A stretch of DNA of 42,704 nucleotides from Eledone cirrhosa (GCA_964016885.1 CAXHJY010000569.1:1-42704); one strand, 5' to 3'; counted from the stretch's first letter, positions 1 through 13,038 are shown. Program-made: numbers and translations. The notes: a model not told the origin generated them from the letters alone.

Positions 1-224
1 GTAAGTATATATGTATGTATTTCTGTATGTATGTATATAATGTGTATGTATATATATATATCATCTAAATTAGTCTAAATTACACAATCAATGATTGGAG
101 TGGAATAAATAAAGTATCAGCAATGAAATAGTAGCGGCTTCCATTGGAACGCAGCCAATGGAGTGTAAAGAGAATCTCGTGTCAGTTTCAACGGAGATTA
201 TTACAGTTGTTCAGTCAAAGTAGC

Positions 225-236
225 CACACACACACA

Positions 237-331
<95 letters not shown>

Positions 332-332
332 A
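225..332. repeat. (CA)n microsatellite, representative of dozens of (TA)n, (CA)n, (GA)n, (TATG)n and (TATC)n tracts in the window
   Basis: Directly visible dinucleotide run; such tracts explain the HT/YI/CV/SL/ER-repeat ORFs. Confidence 0.98.
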
Positions 333-461
333 CGCACATATATATACAGACACACACACTCACAGATACATACAAACACACACAAGTGCGTAGACAGTTG
401 CACACATACACATATATATATATACATCTGCGTACATGTCATACGTATATATATACATACA

Positions 462-503
<42 letters not shown>

Positions 504-506
<3 letters not shown>

Positions 507-549
507 TTTCTCCCGAATGAATCAGTTCTAGTCCTGTAGAAGCCATTTC

Positions 550-557
<8 letters not shown>
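504..557 (+). mobile_element. Truncated hammerhead family-B fragment in (TA)n (stem II to tail, no CTGATGA, GAAA changed to GAAT)
   Basis: tttctcccgaatgaatcagttctagtcctgtagaagccatttctat matches copies at 2388-2437, 18278-18326 and 26162-26211(-). Confidence 0.75.
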
Positions 558-614
<57 letters not shown>

Positions 615-617
<3 letters not shown>

Positions 618-685
618 ATAATAATAAATGTGAAGACTAAAATCCAAAGAGGGATCGATAAGGATAAATATATATCAAATATATA
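615..685 (-). mobile_element. Tail fragment of hammerhead family D in (TA)n
   Basis: Nearly identical to 9481-9550 (gtgaagactaaaatccaaagaggg-tcgata-ggataa). Confidence 0.7.
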
Positions 686-697
686 TATATACATATA

Positions 698-803
<106 letters not shown>

Positions 804-1210
804 TGTGTGTGTATTCAATCTAGCCTGATGTGAATAGGGAAAATAATTTGACTTTGTTATAATTTTCATTGTTAAATTAATATATAATATACATATATAT
901 GTATATAAATTCGTGCGACCTCCGTCCGTCCGTTCTTCTGTCACATACAACAGGTCACTGAGGAAGAAAGGGTTATGACAAACTACAGAAAACAGCGTCT
1001 AACATTCACTACATTTGTATGTACAATCTAAATATAAATTTTAGCGAATTATTTTTATTTATAATAATCGTTTCTACTTTGGACACAAGACCAGCAATTA
1101 TATACATACATACATACATACATACACACATACATACATACATACATACATACATACATACATACATACATACATACATACATACATTCACGTTCGTATG
1201 CGTGGGAGTC

Positions 1211-1247
<37 letters not shown>

Positions 1248-1300
1248 GAAAAAAGATGAAATCGAAAATGCAACTGGAGTGTTTTTTTTTTTAATATATA

Positions 1301-1345
1301 TTTATTTGGTTCCTTTACCGGTTTCGTAGTTCTTCTGCTTTTCAT
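1301..1345 (-). ncRNA. 3'-half minimal hammerhead-like motif
   Basis: Minus strand reads gcag-aagaa-ctac GAAA CCGG TA aaggaaccaaataaa, with palindromic CCGG stem III; the CUGANGA box is lost into the TA tract. Confidence 0.45.
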
Positions 1346-1355
1346 ATACATATAT

Positions 1356-1394
<39 letters not shown>

Positions 1395-1411
1395 CACACA
1401 CACATACATAT

Positions 1412-1470
<59 letters not shown>

Positions 1471-2005
1471 TATATATATACATATCTACATATATCAAAT
1501 AAAACAATGTCTTTTATAAACAATATACCAGTTTCTAATTATGGACTTAAATTCCTTTGTATATTTATACAATACTCCATACCTCCATTTTTTTTCAAAA
1601 CTTAAAATATGTTTGTTATAACTATGTTAAGTCTAAGATCATGTATTCTAAATTCTACACAGTTTCGTTAAAGCCTGCAGTTAAATAAACAAACAGGGAA
1701 ATAAACAAACAAACACGTGAATAATTAAACAAAAAAGGACACACCTATTATTCAGTTTAGTGTAGAAAGTTTGGCGTTGAGAAGCAACCATTTCCTTTCT
1801 CGTTATTATTTGTAATACTTGTTTTTAGTCATTTTCAAAATGGCGTCCGAGAGATGATACGCCACATCAGCAGAAATTTATATTTAGATATATAGACACG
1901 CGCATACATACATACTTATATACATACATACATACATACATACTTACATACATACACACATAGATATAATATATATATATATATTATATTATATATATAT
2001 ATATA

Positions 2006-2074
<69 letters not shown>

Positions 2075-2231
2075 ACTTTGGACGGTTATGTATTAACATA
2101 ACCGTTTATTGAGCTTTCTGTGATTGCCTCAAGCAACTCGAATAGTACCTGCTATATGTCAGGTACTATTCGATTTGGTACTACTATTCATACCTAATAT
2201 AATATATACACACACACACAGATATCCATAC

Positions 2232-2265
<34 letters not shown>

Positions 2266-2374
2266 GTTATATATATACGTTATTCCGGGTTGAATCGGAG
2301 GTAACCACAGTAAGTAAGGTACTCAATACATTGCAGAGTATAAAAGTTTTAATATAGATATAATTTTGATACCC

Positions 2375-2425
2375 AGATTCCTGATGATTTCTAAAGAATG
2401 AAACAGTTCTAGTCCTGTAGAATCT
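2375..2425 (+). ncRNA. Type I hammerhead ribozyme (family B)
   Basis: agattc CTGATGA t-ttct-aa-agaa-t GAAA cag-ttctagtc-ctg TA gaatct; 6-bp stem I, GUA triplet, predicted cleavage after 2419. Confidence 0.75.
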
Positions 2426-2441
2426 CATCTATATTAAAACT

Positions 2442-2513
<72 letters not shown>

Positions 2514-2549
2514 CACTGGAATGAACGGTATCGATTTTAATGAATCGAA

Positions 2550-2590
<41 letters not shown>

Positions 2591-2594
2591 TCCA

Positions 2595-2690
2595 TTAAAA
2601 TAAGATATGAACAAAAATATGCATAAAATCACGTGAAGCTATTTAATTTCTAATTTTAATTTTAGTAGACATAAAAGAATTTGACATGAA
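2595..2690. repeat. Dispersed ~95-bp AT-rich repeat with an inverted copy at ~19032-19125
   Basis: ttaaaataagatatgaacaaaa(a)tatgcataaaatcac-tgaag-tatttaattt...aagaatttgaca matches the reverse complement of 19032-19125. Confidence 0.75.
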
Positions 2691-2866
2691 TTTTTAAGTT
2701 ATTAAAACGGGTGGATCACAGCAAGAATTGTAACGAGATAGATGTATGTAGAGATAGATTAGGGTAAGTTTGTTGACTGGGAGAATGTAGCTTATTTATA
2801 TATTTATAGCTTTTTTTTTATTGTCGAGACTCACTTTTTCTAATTTCCCAAATTACTTTTATACTC

Positions 2867-3030
2867 AAGAAATTTTAGCCTGATAGTGAGGTTTAAAACC
2901 ATCTAAAAAAAAAAAAGGGAAAATGATGATTATTGACTTACATCTACTTCAAAATTCCCATGTACGTTAACATTCACCCTTTACCATTTTAAAGAGGGTT
3001 TTAAACCCCTCTATCAGGCTAAAATTTCTT
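2867..3030. mobile_element. 34-bp inverted repeat pair (2867-2900 / 2997-3030) related to the piggyBac-like MITE end
   Basis: Arms are reverse complements with 2 mismatches; ccctttaccattt at ~2977 matches the TIR of 36174-36392. Confidence 0.6.
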
Positions 3031-3142
3031 CACTAAAGAAAAAAAAGAAATACGACGAAAGCTTCTATTTCTATTAAATTTCAAACTTCCCTCGCTGTTT
3101 CAAACTTATTTACTTTTATACGTTTTTCATTATTCATATCCA

Positions 3143-3221
3143 CAGGATCGGTAGAGCGCCAGTCGGACAACATGTTTTACAGTATAAAGTTACGGCCGTT
3201 TAAGTTCTGAGTTCAAATCCC
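3143..3221 (+). mobile_element. SINE 5' fragment (tRNA-like head)
   Basis: atcggtagagcg...gttacggccg...ctgagttcaaatccc, homologous to 7672-7860. Confidence 0.7.
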
Positions 3222-3370
3222 CTCCCCACACACACACTTATATATATATATATACATGCGTATATATATACATATATGTAGATATATATATATAGTCATG
3301 TAGAAGCCATTTCTATATTAAATATATATATATATATACAATATGGAAACTATATTTATAAAACCATATT

Positions 3371-3436
3371 TATTTTATTATACATATTTCAAGGGCAACC
3401 AAGGCAAATTATGGTGCGCTTTCATCAGATAAAATA
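3371..3436 (-). ncRNA. Minimal type I hammerhead ribozyme (family C; element spans ~3339-3697)
   Basis: Minus strand: tattttat CTGATGA aagcgcacca...tggttgccctt GAAA TATGTA TA ataaaata; perfect 8-bp stem I and self-complementary 6-nt stem III. Confidence 0.78.
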
Positions 3437-3775
3437 CAGATTTGTTTTATAAATAAATATTGACATACCCGGAAAAAAAGACAACCTTAACGGCTGGGGC
3501 TTCCTGGATAGTGGAGATAGTACATTTATTGAGGGTGATAGAAAATTATGAGTGAGTATGCAAATGAGTGTCCGAAAGGTTGAAAAGATAACGGTTTATT
3601 TAAATTAAACTGTTGGAAGAAGATGATATGTAAGGGAGAGAGTAAAAAATAGAAAAAGAGAGTTATAAAATTTTTTAAATTAAATATAACCTCTGCATAT
3701 ATATATATATATATATATACTACCTTGATTAAATCTTAACCATCTAACATCTCAGGGTATGTCATGTATCATTTT

Positions 3776-3841
3776 ATTTTATCTGATGAGGACGTACTGT
3801 TGAACCCGATTCAAGCACCTCTGAAATATGTATAATAAAAT
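3776..3841 (+). ncRNA. Minimal type I hammerhead ribozyme (family C-related, different stem II)
   Basis: attttat CTGATGA gga...ttgaa-cccga-ttcaa...tct GAAA TATGTA TA ataaaat. Confidence 0.75.
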
Positions 3842-3981
3842 TTAATTGATCACAAGAACATCTATTTTATTAATATTTGAATTTTAATATTAATAACTCT
3901 GGAATATATTTTTCCTGTAGAGTGCTTCCAATCTACTGTAAAACTCATTCTTTGATGTACTCATTGAATCTTGTTTAACTC

Positions 3982-4060
<79 letters not shown>

Positions 4061-4125
4061 CGGCATTCCTGTCTTAACGGCATCACAACTTTCTCCGCTT
4101 GGCCTGTTCCCCCCCTTTGGAACTT

Positions 4126-4161
4126 TCCCCCGTTGATGGGCGTGAGCCCGAAATATTGGGA
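4126..4161 (+). ncRNA. Degenerate minimal hammerhead-like motif
   Basis: tccc CCGTTGA t-gggc-gtga-gccc GAAA TA TT ggga; stems I and II intact, two core mismatches. Confidence 0.45.
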
Positions 4162-4336
4162 TTAAATCTCCACTACGGTAACCCTTCTACCTTTGTTTTG
4201 TTTTCATCTTTGTCTCTCTCAATTTTCACTTTCTCCTGTTTCTCCTATCTATCATTCACTTCCTACCTCGAGATTTCCCTCTGCATTGTTGTGGCTTTCT
4301 TAACTACGTATTTTATATATATATATATATATATAT

Positions 4337-4395
<59 letters not shown>

Positions 4396-4543
4396 AAGTA
4401 TAATTAAAGTATAGAAATTGTAAGTATAGAAATTAAAATATAGAAATTGTAAGCATATATATATATAAATATATATATATAAATATATATATATATAAAT
4501 GCAAAGTATAGAAATTATTGTAGCAAGACGCCAACAGTATTCC

Positions 4544-4596
<53 letters not shown>

Positions 4597-5004
4597 TTAC
4601 GCGTAGAGAAAGTTTGCAAGTATATATGACTAAAAGATGGCGAGTGGTGTTTCGTTCGAAATTTCGACTGGTTACAGTAGCATTTCTTCATATGGACAAT
4701 AAGAAAATGGTAGACATTTTATGAAATGCTGTCTACTCCAGCAACATATGGTGTGCTGGTGAATTCTCCACTAAACCAGAAACAATTTCACTTCCACACA
4801 CATCTGCGTTCAATCAGCTTCTGTTGTTGCTACTCAATGAGTCCCTTAATTTAATATAAGGGTCCCTTTGTTTGAACAGAGTCACAGAGAGAACCACATC
4901 GTTTCTAGACACCCCCACCCACACCCCCACACCTACCTACTATATCCTACTATATAGTGTGACACACCTACTCAACTATTTTGTTACGCATGCAAGTATA
5001 CTCA

Positions 5005-5068
<64 letters not shown>

Positions 5069-5094
5069 ATATATGTATATATATATATATATAT

Positions 5095-5145
<51 letters not shown>

Positions 5146-5469
5146 CATATATATATATATGTATATACACACACAAACACACATATATATGTGTATATAT
5201 ATGTATATATATATAGACACAGGATTCTATATGTATGTGTAAGAGTGTGCATGTGTTTGGCTGCGCTTGAGAATATACGACTGTGAACGCTAAAATAACA
5301 CACACACACACAGAGAGGCACACACACACACACATATATATATACGCACACATACACACACACATACACACACAAACACAAATCAGGACATGGAGGCCCC
5401 TTGGAAATTTCAAATTAAATAATATAAACTCTTCACATTTTCACATTCTCTCTTATTTCTCCTCTACAC

Positions 5470-5526
<57 letters not shown>

Positions 5527-5924
5527 CGTTACTCCCTATACTTTCCTGAATCTCTCTCTCTTTCTCCCACTCTCTTCTTCTCTCTGTATATATCTGTATA
5601 TATGTATATATTCACACATACACACATACATGCACACTGAAACACACACTTGCATACATATATATATGTATGTATACACACACGCAGACTCACACACAGA
5701 CACAGACACACACATACTCACACACATATAAACACAGAGACGTACACACACACACACACACAAACAAACACAAACACACACACATATATATATATATTGT
5801 TATTGTTAAAGAATAAACGAGACAAGCACAATGATACAAAAACACGAAGTCTTATTAGTTTCACGCTTGGGAATAGAAATAAGGAAAAAATAAGTAAATA
5901 AATGTCTCAGCTTATCAGACATAT

Positions 5925-6015
<91 letters not shown>

Positions 6016-6020
6016 TACAC

Positions 6021-6282
6021 GTCAGCTCAAAAGTGACACAGAGGAGACTGAGGTTAGCTGGACATGCTCACCGACATCCAGAGTTGACATTGCACTCAGT
6101 GCTCCTGTGGGAGCCCCTACACGGACACACTGGAAGAGGAAGCCCAAGGTTAACGTATGTTGATGCTCTTAGGACAGACACTGGTCTGTTGGAGACGCAG
6201 GACATGGCAGCGAAAATGAGGGACAGAGACCGCTGGAGAGAACTCGTCCATGGATCTCGGGAATTTTACCCGCCCTAGATAG
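6021..6282 (+). mobile_element. RTE-clade non-LTR retrotransposon 3' end (5'-truncated ORF C-terminus)
   Basis: Translation QRRLRLAGHAHRHPE...VLLWEP.HG..GRG.PRLTYVD.L..DTG...M.DR..WR is the typical post-RT C-terminus of RTE LINEs; the stop codon runs into a tagatagat tail. Confidence 0.88.
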
Positions 6283-6391
6283 ATGTATACGAAATTCAAC
6301 GAAGAAAACCAACACAAGGACATGATACAATACAATGCAGATATGTATCAGTTTAATTATTGATATAGTTGGGGCGGGGGGGGGGGGGGGA

Positions 6392-6433
6392 ATCTTAACG
6401 TTTCGGACTGTTAACCCTTCATCGTCAGACGAT
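6392..6433 (-). ncRNA. Degenerate minimal hammerhead-like motif
   Basis: Minus strand: atcgt CTGACGA tgaagggttaacagtcc GAAA CG TT aagat; stem I pairs at 4 of 5 positions. Confidence 0.5.
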
Positions 6434-6622
6434 AAAGTGAGAGATAGTCGGAGATAAGAGGGGGGAAGAAACATTTATGGGAGGAAAGATCATGCATCTT
6501 TGCCAGACATTCACACACGCCCCCCTCTCTCTCTCTCTATATATATATATATAATAGTTTCTGTGTGTGTGTGTCTGTGTGTGAGGATGTGAGAGTGTGT
6601 GTGTGTGTGTCTGTGTGCGCGT

Positions 6623-6655
<33 letters not shown>

Positions 6656-6695
6656 TGTATGTGTGTCTCTGTGTGTGTGTGTGAGGGTGTGAGAC

Positions 6696-6755
<60 letters not shown>

Positions 6756-7341
6756 TGTGTGTGTTTGTCTCTGTATGTGTGACTGTGCGCTGTTCGTTGG
6801 CATTTACTGTTTTGTCACGTGATTTCTTGGAGAGAAGTTCTGAACACATAAATACATAAACTTTATGCGTTTGACAAATATTTATGCGTTTGACAAACCA
6901 GTAAATTCTATGTGAGTAAAAGATAAATCAGAGACTTGGTAGCAAAGGTGTATATCGTGTGGAGGAGAGTTATAATAGGAACAGAAGTATTGGTAACAGA
7001 ACCTAGAACCCTAATAGAGTTCTTAGGGCCACATTCTGACACACGGCGTTTCTTGGGTTTTTTTAAACTTAATGGAACCAAACCTTATCCTGTACGGAAC
7101 AGAGAAGGTTTCTTCTAGTTAAGGAGACAGAGAAATAATCGATTCCAGTTCTAGGTTAGTCTTTATTTGTCAACCTAGAAAGAATTGATTCCAGTCATAC
7201 AGAGTGTCAGGATGAATCCCCCTGAAAAATACGTTAAATGTACACGTGTTTGTGGGATGCCCAGTCACCTGCAGTTTAACTTATTGAGCAGGCTTTGTTC
7301 ATTATTTGAACAAGTGATATATCTTATTATTACATAATGTA

Positions 7342-7452
7342 AAATCCCGTCGAGGTTAACTTTGCCTTTCATCCTTACCGGATCGATAAAATAAAGTACC
7401 AGTAATGCACTGTGATAATTGCTGGCCTTGTGCCAAAAGTAGAAACAATTAT
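7342..7452 (+). mobile_element. SINE 3' half
   Basis: aaatcccgtcgaggttaactttgcctttcatcc...ggccttgtgccaaaagtagaaacaatt. Confidence 0.9.
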
Positions 7453-7671
7453 TTGAACAATTGGAACACCCATAAAAGGATAAGACGGATGTAGTCCGAT
7501 AACATGCGACGCCTCAATACCGGAATTTGATGTAAGGTTAGTTGTTGATATGCTGAAAATATTTTTGATCCTGAAGGGTGAGATTGGTTTTACCGCATGC
7601 GCAGTGTGGCTTGTGCCCCGTAGGTCCACAAATCAACAGCCCATTGAAATAGCAATCGGACATTATTTATC

Positions 7672-7860
7672 GGTGGATTGGCAGAATTGGTAGAGGTTCG
7701 GATGCCATGCTTTGCAGCACAGAGTTACGGCCCTTTACGGTCTAAGTTCAAATCCCGCCGAGGTTAACTTTGCCTTTCATCCTTACGGGGTCGATAAAAT
7801 AAAGTACCAGTAATACACTGGGATAATTGCTGGCCTTGTGCCAAAGTAGAAATAATTATT
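7672..7860 (+). mobile_element. Full-length tRNA-derived SINE (resembles cephalopod OK-type SINEs) with target-site duplication
   Basis: A-box-like tggcagaattgg, B-box gttcaaatcc, AT tail; attatttatc repeated at 7662-7671 and 7855-7864; about 20 homologues in the window. Confidence 0.9.
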
Positions 7861-8736
7861 TATCAATTTATCAAACCCGAAAATTTGAAAGATAGAGTTG
7901 ACTTGGGAGTGACTTAAACTCGGTCAACCATAGTGAGGTAGAACACATATTGCCAGGCACTTAATTCGACGACACACCGACGCTTGTCAATTGGCCGCAT
8001 TCAAACAATAAATATGGCGGAACGAACTATGTACACTCCAATTGAGCAGCCATCTTGGTTGGATAAACGTCACTGAATAACAACAACAACAACAAATGTA
8101 ATCAAAACCTCGTTTCTTCTTAACATTCTACATACTACTTCCTCATTAAAATAACAACAAAGATAAAAGAAGAATTATATAAAAAAAAACAGCCTCCAAG
8201 CAAACATACACACACACAAATACACACACACAAATATATATATATATATATATATATGTGTCCGTCTTCTCTTTCTTTACGGATTATGCAGTAATGACGG
8301 TCTAAGCCAAAAGTGAAAGTAATAAATATCAAGAGATATTATTTAATATGATACGCTATATATACTTGCAGGGTTATCACACCATTTCTATTTTAGTACG
8401 ACTCTTTAATCTTCCAGGAATGACTCAGTTATCTACACATCTTTCGTTCTTTGGTTTGGGTGGCTTTTTTGGTATTTTTACTCTTCATTTTTCATTTTTC
8501 ATTATATTTTACGTATATTTTAATATTTTTTCTGCTCTCTTGTTTTTACATTAATTTATATAAATGTATATATATTTATATATATATATATATATGTACC
8601 TGTATATGTCTGTATTTATGTATATATATATATATGTATATATATACATATATATATATATTTGTGTGTGTATATATAAATATGTATATATATTTGTGTG
8701 TGTGTGTATATATATATATATATGTATGTGTGTATA

Positions 8737-8795
<59 letters not shown>

Positions 8796-9301
8796 TTTTT
8801 TTTCAAATTGCTTTGTTTTTGTTGTGGTTGTTGTTGTTGTTGTTGTTCTTCTTCTTCTTCTTCTTCTTCTTTAGGGAGAGGACTGTATATGTTAGTGTGA
8901 CTATGTATCTGTATGTTTGTGTGTGTACGTATATGTATGTATATATGTGTGTGTATGTGTTTGTGTCTGTGATGTGTCTTTACGTGTGTGTGTGTGTCTT
9001 TATGTGTGTGTGTGTGTCTTTATGTGTGTGTGTGTGTGTGTGATATCTAATAGTTTTTGCCTACAAACGAAATTACTGCGAAAGATTCACAGAAACTGTT
9101 ATATGTGACATGGTCGGCCTCTGACCTCACCAACAAATGTTTGCAATAATACACGCATACACATACATACACATACACACACACACATACACATACACAT
9201 ATATGTACGACAGACATCAATATACATACATATGCACACACACTTACGCATACACAGACACACTTGCAGACACGCAGACACGCGAACACACTCACATACA
9301 A

Positions 9302-9347
<46 letters not shown>

Positions 9348-9359
9348 CATGTAGTAATA

Positions 9360-9481
9360 ATAATTGCTTCTACTTTAGGCACAAGGCCAGCAATAATCCA
9401 GTGCATTACTGGTACTTTATTTTATCGACCCCGTAAGGATGAAAGGCAAAGTCAACCTCGGCGGGATTTGAACTCAGATCG
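9360..9481 (-). mobile_element. SINE 3' half
   Basis: Reverse complement of the SINE body from B-box to tail. Confidence 0.9.
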
Positions 9482-9678
9482 TAATAATAATAAGTGTGAA
9501 GACTAAAATCCAAAGAGGGCTCGATACGGATAATTATATATCAAATATATAAGAACCGTAGAGCAAATATTTATTAAAATAACAGATTAAAGTTTAAGCA
9601 AAGAATCGCTGCTTTCACCCTTAACGGGATCTTCCGGGTGAAAGCAGCGATTCTTTGCTGAAACTTTAGTCTGTTTTT

Positions 9679-9682
<4 letters not shown>
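9481..9682 (-). mobile_element. Family D element: fold-back of a 3'-half hammerhead plus tail
   Basis: Inverted repeat 9581-9620 / 9636-9675 (2 mismatches); each arm reads gggt GAAA gca...tgc T(T/G) aaacttta. Confidence 0.65.
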
Positions 9683-9730
<48 letters not shown>

Positions 9731-9756
9731 TTTATATTATATATGTATCTATACAT

Positions 9757-9788
<32 letters not shown>

Positions 9789-10375
9789 CCTTGTACTTGC
9801 TCTCTCTCTCTGTCTCTCTCTCTCTCTGTCTCCCTCACTCTCACTCTCTCTGTCTCTCTCTCTCTCTCTATGTGTCTCTGTCTCTCTCTCTTTCTGCTAA
9901 CTTCTATCTCTTTGTCAGCTTCTCCCTTTCTCTCTCTCTCTGCCAAAGTATCCTTGTTTTCCAGCCTCTCTCTCTATCTTTCTCTCTTTCTGTGAGTCTC
10001 TTTCTCTCTCTCGCTTCCCCCTTCTCTCTCTCTCTCTCCCTCTCTCTCTTTCTTTGCCAACTTCCCCCTCTTCGCCAGCCAGTCTCTCTCCTCCCCCTCC
10101 CATTCTAAGTTGTTTTCCTCAGACGGAGTTAATTTTTATTAGAAAATGATTAATTCGTGTTTTAATGTTTTTATTTTAGTTGTTTATTGTTGTTGTTTTT
10201 GTTGTTGTCTTATGTTTTTTTTTCTTTTCTTCTCTCAAAAGTTCAGAACTTAATAAACAAAGTGCAGAGGCTTCAGTCTGTGACGTTTAACACCGAATAT
10301 ATATATATATATATATGTATTTATAAATATGTATGTATTTATATATGTATGTATGTACGTATGTATATCTGCGCA

Positions 10376-10414
<39 letters not shown>

Positions 10415-10694
10415 TACACACACAGCGTTCTCAAAATATATAGCAATGGAGTTACTCCTGGATAAATGTTCCAATATGACTGTAAAACGTGGGAAAAGTA
10501 GAAGCAGGTCTTGCAACATCTGTATTAACGGCCTCACTGTTTCACCGACATCTGACGAGGTCTGCTACAGATACTTAACGATTGAGCAAAATAATGTATT
10601 TTTCGGAAAATATGACACGCCATTTTTTTTCTTCCAAAATTTAACTCTCATATATATATTATATTATATTATATTATATTATATAATTGTTTCT

Positions 10695-11001
10695 AATCCC
10701 GCCGAGGTCAACTTTGCCTTTCATCCTTACGGGGTCGATAAAATAAAGTACCAGTAATGTACTGGGGTAATTTCTGGCCTTGTGCCAAAAGTAGAAACAA
10801 TTATATAATTGTTTCTACTTTAGGCACAAGGCCAGAAATTACCCCAGTGCATTACTGGTACTTTATTTTATCGACCCCGTAAGGATGAAAGGCAAAGTTG
10901 ACCTCGGCGGGATTTGAACTCGGACCATAATGGCAAGGGCTGTAACTCTATGCGTCAAAGCATGGCGTCCGACCCTCTACCGTTACTGTCAATCCACCGC
11001 C
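10695..11001. mobile_element. Tail-to-tail inverted SINE pair (+10695-10804, -10805-11001)
   Basis: 110-bp near-perfect arms centred on aattatataatt with no spacer. Confidence 0.92.
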
Positions 11002-11074
11002 ATTTATTTATATATATATATATATATATATTATATATTTTATTATATATATTATATAATAAAATATATATAAA

Positions 11075-11134
11075 TGCAGCATAGAGTTACGGCCCTTTAT
11101 GATCTGAGTTCAAATCCCGCCGAGGTTAAATTTG
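11075..11134 (+). mobile_element. SINE middle fragment
   Basis: gcagcatagagttacggccctttatgatctgagttcaaatcccgccgaggtt. Confidence 0.85.
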
Positions 11135-11137
11135 TCT

Positions 11138-11293
11138 CCGCCTGCGTCCGCCTGCGTCCGCCTGCCACCGCCTGCGTCCGTCTGCCACCGCCTGCGTCCG
11201 GCTGCCTCCGCATGCGTCCGCCTGCCTCCGCCTGCGTCCGTCTGCCTCCGCCTGCCTCCGGCTGCCTCCGCCTGCCGTCGCCCGCCGCCGCCT
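11138..11293. repeat. GC-rich 10-bp minisatellite (ccgcctgcgt / ccgcctgcct)
   Basis: About 15 tandem units visible. Confidence 0.92.
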
Positions 11294-11478
11294 GACGCTG
11301 GCTCCTCCAGACGCCGCCCTAATACAACACATTATTACATGTAAGGTAGATTTGTTACACAACACTTCACACGGCATTCCTTTTCTTCTACTCCCCATAC
11401 ATATTGTTCAACATCTTTTCCAGCCTCAATCGCATACATCCTGCCGACATGTGTGTGTGTCTGTGTGTCTGTGCCAGC

Positions 11479-11527
<49 letters not shown>

Positions 11528-11901
11528 GTGTTGTGTTGTGTTATGCAGTGTTGCGAACAGTCAGATGTTGTTTAGTCAGTGTTCTTATACTGTTAGACTA
11601 CTCCTGGGGAACAAACTTTCAGGTTGAAAACAAACTAAACTACGTTTGTTTTTCAACGAAGCATTTGTAACAGGTCTAGAGTCGTTTGGCATGGCGCCAT
11701 TATGTGAGAATATATATATATATATATATACAGATAGAGATAGAGATAGATAGATAGATAGAGCTAGAGAGAGAGAGAGAAAGAGAGAGAGAGAGCTAGA
11801 GAGAGAGAGAGGGAGAGAGAGAGCGATGTGTGTACATATATGTGTGTGTGTATGAGTGTGAGTTAGTTAATTCGCTCTTCAAAAAGTACAGTTATTTTTC
11901 C

Positions 11902-11969
<68 letters not shown>

Positions 11970-11971
<2 letters not shown>

Positions 11972-12144
11972 CGAAGGAAATGTGGTAAGGAACCAAGTGG
12001 ACCATAACGCACCAAAGTACTCAATACTTAGGGTAGTAGAGTGGGTATATATGAACGAGTAGGACCCCGACGGCTGAGCTCAAGCCGTTTCGTCCAGAAT
12101 TAGCCGTCGAAACGGCTTGAGCTCAGCCGTCGGGGTCCTACTCG

Positions 12145-12149
<5 letters not shown>
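11970..12149 (-). mobile_element. Family A element: fold-back 3'-half hammerhead plus tail in (TA)n
   Basis: Perfect 42-bp arms 12051-12092 / 12108-12149; arm reads GAAA cggct-tgagctc-agccg TC ggggtc; second copy at 34761-34954. Confidence 0.8.
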
Positions 12150-12231
<82 letters not shown>

Positions 12232-12508
12232 AGGGAGTTTAACCTGGAGTTACTGTAGGTTCACCCTAGGTGTAGAGCTAGACAGAGTGTATTATAGTAA
12301 AATAAAACAAGGATGATTGGTTACTCCTTCATTACGTTTATTGATATATATATATATATATATATATACATACACACATACATACATATATACATATAGG
12401 CTCACTTTCATTGTGTGCCAGTGGATTAAACCTCGAAACTGTTTGCAGTAAGTGATACTTATTGCAAAAATGCAACGACCTCACCTTGGACTATAAACAA
12501 TTTTTTTC

Positions 12509-12606
12509 TCTTTCTGATGAAGTGCAATATTTCTTACGTAATACATGCGACTGAGCATGGTATTAGTGCATGTAGATGGTTATTGTACAGAAACATATGT
12601 TAAGGA
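12509..12606 (+). ncRNA. Minimal type I hammerhead with long stem II
   Basis: tcttt CTGATGA a-gtgcaata...tattgtac-a GAAA CATATG TT aagga; perfect palindromic stem III and an inner hairpin taatacatgc/gcatggtatta. Confidence 0.65.
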
Positions 12607-12681
12607 ATGAACTCTCAATAACTGTCTCCTTCTAACTCATTTCTCCAGCATTGTTATTCATGTTTTTCCTGGTACTATACT

Positions 12682-12779
<98 letters not shown>

Positions 12780-12876
12780 GGTATATATATCGAACAACAA
12801 TAAATACAGTTGTTGGAATTGACGCAGATTCATCAAGTGGTATAATCTGTATGTATGGGTATGTGTGTGATAGATG

Positions 12877-12974
<98 letters not shown>

Positions 12975-12985
12975 GCTCTCTCTCG

Positions 12986-13038
<53 letters not shown>

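Noticed and set aside
953-1005. ggtca CTGAGGA ... GAAAACAGCGTC taac hammerhead-like string
   Set aside because: Stems I and II pair poorly; at best a heavily decayed copy
7672-7760. tRNA gene
   Set aside because: A/B boxes belong to a SINE head; no cloverleaf, and the sequence continues into the repeat body
10520-10580. CTGACGA on the plus strand and GAAA cag..ccg TT on the minus strand
   Set aside because: The two boxes are on opposite strands and neither completes a core
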